Below, piece after piece: positions 18,401 to 26,063 of a stretch of DNA of 64,000 bases. This stretch comes from Minisyncoccota bacterium. GTDB taxonomy: Bacteria > Verrucomicrobiota > Verrucomicrobiia > Limisphaerales > UBA8199. The first letter of the stretch is position 1; the number at the start of each line of letters is the position of its first letter. Where the stretch lies: assembly GCA_035452965.1 (NCBI GenBank), contig DAOTCE010000015.1, positions 33,818 to 97,817 on the forward strand. The letters run 5' to 3'. A program made the position numbers and the translations under genes. The notes below the pieces were generated by a model. It ran no database searches, had not been told where the DNA came from, and was given only the letters and a program-made list of their open reading frames with translations.

Positions 18401-18858
18401 TCCAGTTCGATCCCAGGTGGGGCGGGCCGGAATCGGCGGTTTTCGACCAATTAGTCAGTTGGCCCCAGCGATCTGAGGAAGGCATCAAGTATTATTCAGG
18501 CAAGGCGACTTATCACAAAACGTTTGACCTGCCGGAATCGCTGCGTCGTGATCGCCACCGCTTGTCGTTGGACCTGGGCGATGTCAAAAATCTGGCCACG
18601 GTGCGTCTTAATGGAAGGAACTTTGGCACGTTGTGGGCAGTCCCCTTCCGCGTGGACGCGACCGAGGCCATCAAACCGACCGGAAACAAACTCGAGGTGG
18701 AGGTCGTTAACTTCTGGCCCAACCGTATTATTGGAGACCAATTCCTCCAGCCGGAGAAGCGCTTTACGCGCACCAATATCCGGAAACTGACCAAGGACAC
18801 GCCGCTGATGGAGTCCGGTTTGCTCGGCCCGGTGCGTATTCTGGTTGAGGAACGTTAA
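15460..18858 (+). CDS. GH106-like secreted glycosidase paralog with an inserted F5/8-type-C (discoidin)-like domain
   Basis: The ORF opens at 15412. The ATG at 15460 overlaps the upstream stop (ATGA) and gives the signal peptide MRTVIHVAFMLRSAVLVLLFCIATPVWG. Shared blocks are FADPPNSARLRAYWWWLNGNVTKAAITRDLEEMKAKGFGG and YYSGKATYHKTF..LGDVKNLATVRLNGRNFGTLW..FWPNRIIGD. The discoidin-like insert is ELACDGNSDTYWVSS..WIQLSFPQTVRGLKLHV..CELQVSNDGKTF. Confidence 0.82.
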   Translation: MRTVIHVAFMLRSAVLVLLFCIATPVWGGAGQTAGGEHDELANGFADPPNSARLRAYWWWLNGNVTKAAITRDLEEMKAKGFGGALICDAGGAQQDGNDPVPHGPTFFTPEWRELYIHALREAERLGLEMSLNIQSGWNLGGPMVKAEDAAKKLTWSEALISGPAKYAAALPVPKAREGFYRDVATVAYRRTARARQPAPPSITSSSSQPDHLAELACDGNSDTYWVSSGTKPGEGPTAARPEWIQLSFPQTVRGLKLHVMGRPGYGPKECELQVSNDGKTFRSERRFGMADGESAELSMVDADASNIRIVVLAAYDRGSPGAPRNVQIGEISCFWKDHSLGQPARPPLQNWEQKAIYKPLHFSAPDTAPLFEELPATPGEEDTRAADVLDLTAMLSKEGILHWDVPEGTWQVIRLGCTIGNHSHVSTCSDGWQGYSLDVLDAGAFRRYWDAVVEPLIADAGPLAGRTLKYLHTDSWEVEPLNWTPNLRAEFRKRRGYDPLPFFPVLAGRIVDSRPASNRFLYDFRKTLGDLAVDNHYRIFRDLAHKHGLQIHPESGGPHAVPIDAQRCLGMDDAPMSEFWAWSWRHRVGESNRFFVKQPASAAHTYGHRLVLAEGFTTIGPHWQETLWDNLKPSFDQAACEGLNLLVWHAFVCSPEEMGLPGQQYFAGTHFNPNTTWWSRSAPFLAYLNRCQFMLQQGLFVADACYYYGDHVPNFAQLKRSDPAHVLPGYDYDVVTEDVILKRMSVRDGRIVLPDGMSYRVLALPDRPGISLAVLKKLEKMVKAGATIVGPRPAQTYSLSGYPKCDAEVVRLADRLWGNDRQVSGIRRYGCGRVISGQTPRQVLGGDGLKPDFGFRLQPQPTTLDPQAPPVLDYIHRASREADIYFVANRSNCWLKPDCTFRVAGKVPELWDPLTGSSRLAAVYTRSEETTTLPLQFAPYGSMFVVFRQPASPKSVATGQTGSNFPAYSEPHELSGAWTVQFDPRWGGPESAVFDQLVSWPQRSEEGIKYYSGKATYHKTFDLPESLRRDRHRLSLDLGDVKNLATVRLNGRNFGTLWAVPFRVDATEAIKPTGNKLEVEVVNFWPNRIIGDQFLQPEKRFTRTNIRKLTKDTPLMESGLLGPVRILVEER

Positions 18859-18880
18859 GCCTCAGGCGGTGTTTGATGGC

Positions 18881-19921
18881 CTACCCGGAGCCTTCGGCCA
18901 GCAACTGATTCAGCTTGCCCATGACGGCGAAGGCGTCGGCGACATAAAGCACGTCAGCCTTGCCTCGCGCCCAGCCGCAGTTCGGATCGAGATTGATGGC
19001 GCGGCGCTCAGCAATGAAGCGCCAGCCAACCGTGTGTGGCTCTTCCCCATGACAGCACGTGGCCAGCCCTTTCGGGTGCCGGGGCGTGGAGCCGGTTTGG
19101 CCTATTTGATTAAGATGCGTCAGGAAGGACAGCACCGCCTGCCCCTCGCCGCCCAAGTCTACCAGCGACTTGCTGCTGCCAAGCGAGGCTCGGGAGAGCT
19201 TGAGGCAGTCGAGAATTAACTGCTCGGCTTCCTTGACGTGCGCCTGACTGTCGGCCTGTTTCTTTGTCCAGCCGGCGCCAGCCACCAGTAGCAAATTGGC
19301 GTCGGGCCGTATCGTTTGAGCATCAGCCGCCGGTTCGCGCACCCCAAGCACAGTGGTACGTTTGCAGGTTTCAGACAGGCTGACCGGAATAGCCTGCACG
19401 GCTGCGGTCCCGGCGGCGCCTTCCCAGGCCGGTTGACTGCCGGGATCAATGAGGATAAACCACGGCCTAAGAGTCCGCCGCAGGACGGCTTCCATGCGCT
19501 GGCGATAGTACCAGCGACTGATTGACGGCGCGCCGTTGTCAGCGGCGAGCCCGGTTACGTGCGTGTCCGCTCGGCCGCCCAGCCGTTGGGCAACGCCCGG
19601 CAGGGCCCTGTTCCAACGCGAGGTCGCTGGTGCCAGGACCAGGGTAGCCTGAGCGGCTTTGGCGAGCGCTTCAACCGCAGCGGCGTCCGTGGCGTAGCGC
19701 GATTGCGAAAAGTCAGGGCCCGCCACACCCAGAAAAGCGGCAGCCCCGCAAGCAGCTATGCGGTCGGCGGCGGCCTGCACATCCCGGCCAACCAGGGCCA
19801 CGATCAGTTTCGAGTCGGCCATGCCGGCACACAGGGTCTTAGCCGCCCCCAGGGCTTCGAGCGCGGGCTTGGCCAGCGAACCATCGGTTTCGATGTGGGC
19901 GAGGAGAAGAATTGTTTCCAT
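18881..19921 (-). CDS. Electron-transfer-flavoprotein alpha-subunit-like protein (divergent EtfA/FixB)
   Basis: 346 aa. The C-terminal half follows the ETF-alpha pattern (LGSSKSLVD, QIGQTG, AINLDPN, ADVLYVADAFAVMGKL), but the canonical G-I-S-G-A-x-Q-H block reads CCHGEEPH. It sits downstream of an ETF-beta-like gene on the same strand. Confidence 0.7.
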   Translation of the reverse strand: METILLLAHIETDGSLAKPALEALGAAKTLCAGMADSKLIVALVGRDVQAAADRIAACGAAAFLGVAGPDFSQSRYATDAAAVEALAKAAQATLVLAPATSRWNRALPGVAQRLGGRADTHVTGLAADNGAPSISRWYYRQRMEAVLRRTLRPWFILIDPGSQPAWEGAAGTAAVQAIPVSLSETCKRTTVLGVREPAADAQTIRPDANLLLVAGAGWTKKQADSQAHVKEAEQLILDCLKLSRASLGSSKSLVDLGGEGQAVLSFLTHLNQIGQTGSTPRHPKGLATCCHGEEPHTVGWRFIAERRAINLDPNCGWARGKADVLYVADAFAVMGKLNQLLAEGSG

Positions 19922-19995
19922 AACGGGAAAATGCTAAAGGGGGTGATAGAATGTTGGAGTGATGGAGCCTCGGCGCGCGCGCCAATTCGCAGACA

Positions 19996-20805
19996 TTACC
20001 TTCTTATCCATTGGACAAGCTCCTGCGCGATCTCATCTGGAGACTTATCTTTCACGATCCTGGTCGTGCGCAGTTGCTTCGGCAACGACACGCTGGCGAA
20101 GGCCAGGCCTTCGGCGGCGAGTTTAACAGGCTTCGCCCTTTGCAGGGCGGGCATTACGGCGCGCATATTAGCCATGCCGATCTGCGGATTATTTCTAGGT
20201 TCCGGAAGATTGCCGGTCGCCCAGCCGAGCAGGGCAGGAGGCCCTGCGCAGCGTGAAACCTGGTGCTTTCCACCTTCAACGCGTTCGAGAATTTCCAGCG
20301 ATCCGTCGGCGCTCACCTTCAACTCGTCCACGCCTTGGAACTGGTCCAGGATGCCTAAACGTTCGCCTACCATCTGCATCGTCGCACCGGCGCCGCGCGA
20401 GGCGGACTCCCAGCCGCCAAACACGAGCAGTTTCGTGCGGTCGAGCCCGGCGATCCCCTGGATGGCCTCGGCCAGCACTGCGGCGACTTCCGCCGCCTCG
20501 GCAAATCCGCTCGCCGGGCCGTCGATGGCAATGAGTTCAAAAGGCACCTTTTGCGCGACAGTCATCATCACCTGCTGCAGCTTGGCTTTAGGGCCGAGGC
20601 TCACGAGCCAGACTTTGCTGCCGGGGGTGTTCTTCGCCAGGTTGGCTGCCTCATACAGTGCGTGGCTTGCCCACGGGTCGAGGACGGCGGGAAGCATCAT
20701 CTCATTCTTCAACGCGGGACCAGTGGAACCGGTCACCGGCTCCAGGGTTTGGAGCGGGTCCGGCACAATAGTGCCACAAACAACTATTTGATATGCGGTG
20801 GTCAT
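19996..20805 (-). CDS. Electron-transfer-flavoprotein beta-subunit-like protein (EtfB/FixA-like)
   Basis: The ORF opens at 20865; the ATG at 20805 gives MTTAYQIVVCGTIVPDP, the ETF-beta-type start. Other blocks are LDPWASHALYEAANLAK, VWLVSLGPKAKLQQV and LLVFGGWESASRGAGATMQMVGERLGI. Confidence 0.72.
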   Translation of the reverse strand: MTTAYQIVVCGTIVPDPLQTLEPVTGSTGPALKNEMMLPAVLDPWASHALYEAANLAKNTPGSKVWLVSLGPKAKLQQVMMTVAQKVPFELIAIDGPASGFAEAAEVAAVLAEAIQGIAGLDRTKLLVFGGWESASRGAGATMQMVGERLGILDQFQGVDELKVSADGSLEILERVEGGKHQVSRCAGPPALLGWATGNLPEPRNNPQIGMANMRAVMPALQRAKPVKLAAEGLAFASVSLPKQLRTTRIVKDKSPDEIAQELVQWIRR

Positions 20806-21132
20806 GCGCCACGGATCATCTTGAGTTTTGAGCCCCTTGGGAAGCCTGAAACGCGTAGGATGCAATCGGCGGAGCAGCTGCAGCCGTCACTTGCCAGTAA
20901 GGTGACCCAAACTGAATTGGCGTCCAACGGTCCTGGGAAAGCGTCTTTCCAACTACCAGCGATTCCATTGAACGCAAACCCGGCGTGCCTGTCTATTATG
21001 GTGTTAGGTTTGTTGGTTTTGTTAGTGGTTTCATAGGTGCAACCTGGCTTCGGCTGGGTGCACCTTCTTTATGTCCAACCGCCACTTTGGTCTTGCGGAG
21101 TTTTCGAGTGCCGGTAGCGTCTGCAGGCGTCT

Positions 21133-22047
21133 TTGAAATTGGCCCCTACATTGGTCATCCTGGCCGCCGGCATTGGTGCCCGCTACGGCGGATTGAAACA
21201 GATAGAACCCGTTGGCCCGGCCGGGGAGGCCGTCTTGGATTACTCGGTCTTTGATGCGAGGCGCGCGGGTTTTGGCAAGTTCATCTTCGTCATCCGCCGC
21301 GACGTCGAGCAGGATTTTCGGGACAGCTTTGGCCGGCGCTTCGCCAGGCACGTGAATATCGATTATGCCATCCAGTCCCTGGACATGGTGCCGCCTAACT
21401 GCTACGTCCCGCCCGATCGTCAGAAGCCGTGGGGAACCGGCCATGCCGTGTTGTGCGCCGCTCTGTTGCTGGACCGCCCTTTCGCGGTCATCAACGCGGA
21501 CGACTTCTACGGGGCGGAGTCCTTCGGCGTGCTCGCCCGGTTCTTGACGCAGACCGCGCCCTCCAATCCCGACCTGTTCGCGATGGTGGGTTTCCAACTG
21601 GACCGCACACTTTCGGAGCACGGCACCGTGGCGCGGGGCCTCTGCCAGACGGATGAGGAGGGATACTTGACATCCGTTGAGGAGTTGACCGCCATCGAAA
21701 GACAGCCCATTGGCGCCCGCAACCGGGAGGCTGATGGCAGTTACCGTGACCTGACCGGGCTGGAGACTGTTTCGATGAATTGCTGGGGATTTACACCGAA
21801 ATTGCTGCCCGGCCTGCGCTGCTTATTCAGCGAGTTTCTGGCCCGCAACCAGGCCAACCTCAATGCCGAGTTCTACCTGCCCACGGCCGTCAATGCGCTG
21901 ATGCGGGAGGGGCTTGTACGAGTTACTGTGTTGCCAACATGGTGCCATTGGTTCGGCGTGACCTATCGTGAGGACCGCGCGGTGGTAGTGGACAGCATCC
22001 GGGCGCTCATTCGTGCCGGCAAGTATCCAGCACGGTTGTGGGGTTGA
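21133..22047 (+). CDS. Sugar-1-phosphate nucleotidyltransferase (NTP_transferase fold)
   Basis: 304 aa with a TTG start per the ORF track. It has the N-terminal nucleotide-binding loop LVILAAGIGARYGGLKQIEPVG, then WGTGHAVLCA and VINADDFYG. The sugar specificity is unknown. Confidence 0.78.
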   Translation: MKLAPTLVILAAGIGARYGGLKQIEPVGPAGEAVLDYSVFDARRAGFGKFIFVIRRDVEQDFRDSFGRRFARHVNIDYAIQSLDMVPPNCYVPPDRQKPWGTGHAVLCAALLLDRPFAVINADDFYGAESFGVLARFLTQTAPSNPDLFAMVGFQLDRTLSEHGTVARGLCQTDEEGYLTSVEELTAIERQPIGARNREADGSYRDLTGLETVSMNCWGFTPKLLPGLRCLFSEFLARNQANLNAEFYLPTAVNALMREGLVRVTVLPTWCHWFGVTYREDRAVVVDSIRALIRAGKYPARLWG

Positions 22048-22055
22048 ACCCCCCT

Positions 22056-23189
22056 ATGTCTGAGAGCCAGCCGAGACACGATCTTCGCTCTGTCGCCGCG
22101 CACTTCCAGATCTACGGCGATTTCCGGGAAGCCGCGCCTTACGGCAGCGGCCACATCAACGACACCTACGCCGCCGTCTTCAATCAATCCGGCAGCTCGA
22201 TGCGCTACATCTTCCAACGCATAAACCACAACGTCTTTAAGAACCCCGCCGGTCTGATGGTCAATGTCGAGCGTGTCACGACGCACATCCGCCGCAAGTT
22301 GGAGGCGCTTGGTGCGGATCAGATCTCCCGGCGCGTCCTGACGCTGGTGCGCGCGAACGACGGCAAGTGCTGCTATGCGGATGCCGCAGGCAACCACTGG
22401 CGCTGTTACCTGTTCATTGAGCACGCAACGAGCTACGACCGGATTGAGACTCCCCGGCAGGCATTCGAGGCAGCCCGGGCGTTCGGCCAGTTCCAGAAAC
22501 ACCTTGCCGACCTGCCGGCACCTCGACTGGAGGACACCATACCCGACTTCCACCACTCACGCAGGCGCTTTGACGCGCTGCGCCAGGCGATCGAACGGGA
22601 CGCCTGCAATCGGGCCGCCGGGGTAAAAGCGGAGATCGGGTTCGCGCTGCGGCACGAGCCGCTCGTGGATGTGCTGCTGGGCCTGCAAGCGCGCGGCCAA
22701 CTCCCGGAACGAGTAACGCACAACGACTGCAAGCTCAACAACGTCATGCTCGATGACGCCACCGGCGAGGGCATGTGTGTGATTGACCTTGATACGGTTA
22801 TGCCTGGCCTGGCCCTCTATGATTTCGGCGATATGTGCCGCACAGCCGCATGCCCAACGCTGGAGGACGAGTCCGACCTCTCCAGGGTCGAAATGCGCAT
22901 GGACATGTTCGAGGCGCTGGTCGGTGGGTACTTGGCGTCCGCAGGCCAGTTCCTGACTCCTGTCGAGAAGGACCATCTCGTGTTCTGCGCCAAGCTTATT
23001 ACCTTCGAGATTGGCTTCCGATTTCTGGAGGACCATCTGCGGGGCGACCTCTATTTCAAGGTCCATCGTCCGGGCCAAAGCGCGGACCGTGCACGGGTCC
23101 AGTTCAAGATGGTGGACTCATTCGAACGCAACGAGGTGGCGATGCGCAAAGTGGTGGAGGTGGCCGAGCGCCAAGTCGGGCGACAATAG
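22056..23189 (+). CDS. Anomeric sugar kinase of the APH/NahK family (N-acetylhexosamine 1-kinase-like)
   Basis: The ORF opens at 22038 (GTG, overlapping the upstream stop); ATG at 22056 is preferred. Blocks PYGSGHINDTY, FQRINHNVFKNPAGLMVNVERVT and the catalytic loop THNDCKLNNVMLD..VIDLDTVMPGLALYDFGD match my recollection of NahK/LnpB-type kinases. Confidence 0.75.
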   Translation: MSESQPRHDLRSVAAHFQIYGDFREAAPYGSGHINDTYAAVFNQSGSSMRYIFQRINHNVFKNPAGLMVNVERVTTHIRRKLEALGADQISRRVLTLVRANDGKCCYADAAGNHWRCYLFIEHATSYDRIETPRQAFEAARAFGQFQKHLADLPAPRLEDTIPDFHHSRRRFDALRQAIERDACNRAAGVKAEIGFALRHEPLVDVLLGLQARGQLPERVTHNDCKLNNVMLDDATGEGMCVIDLDTVMPGLALYDFGDMCRTAACPTLEDESDLSRVEMRMDMFEALVGGYLASAGQFLTPVEKDHLVFCAKLITFEIGFRFLEDHLRGDLYFKVHRPGQSADRARVQFKMVDSFERNEVAMRKVVEVAERQVGRQ

Positions 23190-23317
23190 TTAATCTCGGA
23201 TTTACGGGAAGTTCCAACGGTCGTTTTCACCCCTATATACCGGATGACCAATGCACAGTGAATAGAAGGTCAGCAATGGTCCCGGTCCAAAACAATCCTG
23301 GCCCCCCAACTCGTGCA

Positions 23318-23495
23318 CTGTCCACATTTTGGACAGTTGTGCCGCCTGTCTGCTTTCTCCAGTCCCAGAAAACGCCGGTCTCCTTGGCTTGCGGATGCGG
23401 TAACAACATGGTGGCGCTACGGTGTGTATCCCATGGGGATCGCTCCCCATGGGATACACACCGTAGGCTAACCGCACTAACAAGCCATCCTCCAG
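23318..23495 (+). repeat. Copy B of the interspersed hairpin element (divergent; 3' half not conserved)
   Basis: CTGTCCACATTTTGGACAG lies at the 5' end. The perfect hairpin GGTGTGTATCCCATGGGGA-TCGC-TCCCCATGGGATACACACC is at 23421-23462 and is followed by CCGTAG. It is intergenic, between the kinase and the ceramidase-like gene. Confidence 0.6.
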
Positions 23496-23855
23496 CCCAC
23501 CACAAGCCAATGCGAGGGTATGGCCACCCTGACGACGGTGTCGCCCGTCCAGCGAGGGTACCGGCGGTTAGAGGGGCCGCCCGAGAAGACAAATCGCCAT
23601 CGGTATTCTCCGGGAGTCCGCAAAGAACCAATGAGTAGTTTCAAGTTGGAAGTGCCTTAGCGTGACGCATGTCCTGCTTGCGGGAATTCGAGGAGGTCGC
23701 CAAGCCATTTGCGCATTGCACAGTCGCCAGTTTGCTCTATAACTAGGCAATGAAGCTGCGCCATTCAGTTCCCGCCTATTGCAGCCTGCCTCCGGGTTAA
23801 TGACATTATGAAAGCCTGGAAGGACTTAGCGTGCAGCAACCGCCGGTTGGGGAAA

Positions 23856-26006
23856 ATGCGGCTTTCCCGGATGATTGTCGTGGTGACAAGCTGGGGCATG
23901 CTGGCGGCGAACATGGCGCCGAAGGCTGGCGCCGCGCAGGGTTGGTGCAAGATCCCTTCACTCGCGGCAGGGAAGGTCTTTCGCGCCGGAGCCAGCGCCA
24001 CGGACGTCACGCCGACGAATTTGCCTGTCATTGTCAATGGCGGCTTCCTGACCCAAACCGCCGGCACGATTCACGACCGCTTGCATGTGCGTTGGCTGGT
24101 GCTGGATGATGGGCGAATGCGCGTGGCATTGGGTGTGTTGGACACGTGCCTGATTCCCGCGGAATTCGCAGACGCGGTAAAGGAGCGTGCGGAAAAGCTC
24201 ACCGGAATCCCGGCAGACCGCATCATGCTCTCTGCTACGCACACTCACAGCGCTCCGTCGCTGATGCGATGCCTGGGCACCGAAGCTGACCCACACTACC
24301 CGGCGTTCCTGCTGCCCCGGATTGTGGCGGGCTTGCAACACGCGGCGGCCAATGTCGGCCCAGCCCGCGTCGGTTGGGCGGTCGCGTCGGCGCCGGACCA
24401 CACGCACACGCGCATCTGGATTCGACGGCCTGACAAGATGCTGCCTGACCCATTTGGCGACCTGACCGTCCGCGCCAACATGCATCCCGGTTACCAGAAT
24501 CCGGACACTGTTGGAGTGTCGGGGCCTTCGGACCCGGCGTTGACCCTGCTGGCAGTGCAATCACCCGAGGGCCGGCCTATTGCCGTTCTCGCGAACTATT
24601 CGATGCACTACTTCGGCGCGCCCGCCATCTCGCCGGATTACTACGGTGTGTTCGCGCGCAAGATTGGACCGCATATCGGCGCGGTGGACGCGGAGCGCGC
24701 CTTCGTCGGCATCATGTCGCAGGGCACCAGCGGCGACCAGCATTGGATGGATTACAGCCAGCCCAAGCGCGCGGTTGAGATAGACGCTTACGGCGGTGAA
24801 TTGGCGCAGATTGCCGCCGACGCATACAGAACGATTACGTTCCACGATTGGGTTCCGCTAGCTATGCGCGAGAAGAAGCTGCGGCTCGGAACGCGACAGC
24901 CGGATGCGAAGCGACTGGCGTGGGCGAGCGACCTCGTCGAGAAGCTGAATGGGCGTCCGCCGCATTCGCTGCCGGAGGTGTATGCGGGAGAGCAACTCTG
25001 GCTGAAACAGAACCCCAGCCGCCCTGTGAGGCTCCAGGCCCTGCGGGTTGGCGAACTGGGCATTGCCATCTGGCCGTGTGAGGTCTTCGCCATCACCGGG
25101 CTGAAGATCAAGGCCCAAAGCCCGCTCCAGCCGACGATGAACATCGAGTTGGCCAATGCTGAGGAGGGTTATGTGCCCCCGCCCGAACTGTATCCCTTGG
25201 GCGGCTACAACACCTGGCCCTGCCGCACCGCTGGGCTGGAAACGAACGCCGAACCCAGGATGGTCGAAGCGTTGCTCAGTCTGCTCGAGAAAGTCAGCGG
25301 TCAGCCGCGCCGCAAGGTCGCCGCCTCGAATGGCGCTTACGCCCAGGCGGTGCTGGCAGACAAACCCCTGGCGTATTGGCGATTCGAGGAATGGAGCGGC
25401 CCTATCGCGCTGAACTCCGCGGGAACGCGTCGGCACGCAACGTATGAGCCGGGCGTGGCGCGATGGTTGGAGGGACCGCAGTCACCGGCATTTTCCGGAC
25501 CAGGCACCATGAACCGATGCCCGCATTTTGCCGGCGGCCGGCTGGTGGCAAACCTTAAGAAGCTTAGGGAAAGCTACACGTGCGAATTATGGTTTTGGAA
25601 TGGCCTGCCTAACGACTTGCGCCCGGTCACTGGGCACTTATTCGGGCGCGGCGGGCAATCCCTCGCGCTCGGCGGCACGAACAGCACGCCCGGCACGCTG
25701 GTGTTCGGCCCACTGTCGGGCCGAACTGTGATCAAATCCAAGACGTGGAATCACGTGGCGCTGGTGCGGGATGGCTCACGCGTGGCGGTTTACCTGAACG
25801 GGAACCCTGCGCCGGAAATCACCGGAGCGGCCGCGCCCGAGAAATCGCCGGACATCTTCCTTGGCGGACGCGGCGACAAGGAGGCAACATTCGAGGGCCG
25901 CCTTGATGAGGTCGCCATCTACAATCGAGCGCTGTCGCCCCTGGAAATCCAACGTCACTATCAAGTGGCCAACGCCCCCGCTGGCACAGTCGCGCTGAAC
26001 CCGTAA
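23856..26006 (+). CDS. Secreted neutral/alkaline-ceramidase-like hydrolase domain fused to a C-terminal LamG (concanavalin-A-like) domain
   Basis: The ORF opens at 23808; the ATG at 23856 gives the signal peptide MRLSRMIVVVTSWGMLAANMAPKAGA. The N-terminal pattern GASATDVTP..IHDRLHVRWLVLDDG..VLDTCLIP..MLSATHTHSAPS resembles the ceramidase_alk N-domain. The C-terminus TCELWFW..WNHVALVRDGSRVAVYLNG..FEGRLDEVAIYNRALSPLEIQRHY is LamG-type. Confidence 0.75.
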   Translation: MRLSRMIVVVTSWGMLAANMAPKAGAAQGWCKIPSLAAGKVFRAGASATDVTPTNLPVIVNGGFLTQTAGTIHDRLHVRWLVLDDGRMRVALGVLDTCLIPAEFADAVKERAEKLTGIPADRIMLSATHTHSAPSLMRCLGTEADPHYPAFLLPRIVAGLQHAAANVGPARVGWAVASAPDHTHTRIWIRRPDKMLPDPFGDLTVRANMHPGYQNPDTVGVSGPSDPALTLLAVQSPEGRPIAVLANYSMHYFGAPAISPDYYGVFARKIGPHIGAVDAERAFVGIMSQGTSGDQHWMDYSQPKRAVEIDAYGGELAQIAADAYRTITFHDWVPLAMREKKLRLGTRQPDAKRLAWASDLVEKLNGRPPHSLPEVYAGEQLWLKQNPSRPVRLQALRVGELGIAIWPCEVFAITGLKIKAQSPLQPTMNIELANAEEGYVPPPELYPLGGYNTWPCRTAGLETNAEPRMVEALLSLLEKVSGQPRRKVAASNGAYAQAVLADKPLAYWRFEEWSGPIALNSAGTRRHATYEPGVARWLEGPQSPAFSGPGTMNRCPHFAGGRLVANLKKLRESYTCELWFWNGLPNDLRPVTGHLFGRGGQSLALGGTNSTPGTLVFGPLSGRTVIKSKTWNHVALVRDGSRVAVYLNGNPAPEITGAAAPEKSPDIFLGGRGDKEATFEGRLDEVAIYNRALSPLEIQRHYQVANAPAGTVALNP

Positions 26007-26063
26007 GTCATTTACTGCATGAATCCCCACTGCAGTCTCCAAACCAAACAAGAAGCCTCACCA

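Noticed and set aside
19559-20791. 410-aa plus-strand ORF spanning the etfA/etfB-like region
   Set aside because: It crosses the intergenic gap between two minus-strand genes, has an Ser/Arg/Pro/Ala-rich composition and shows no motifs.
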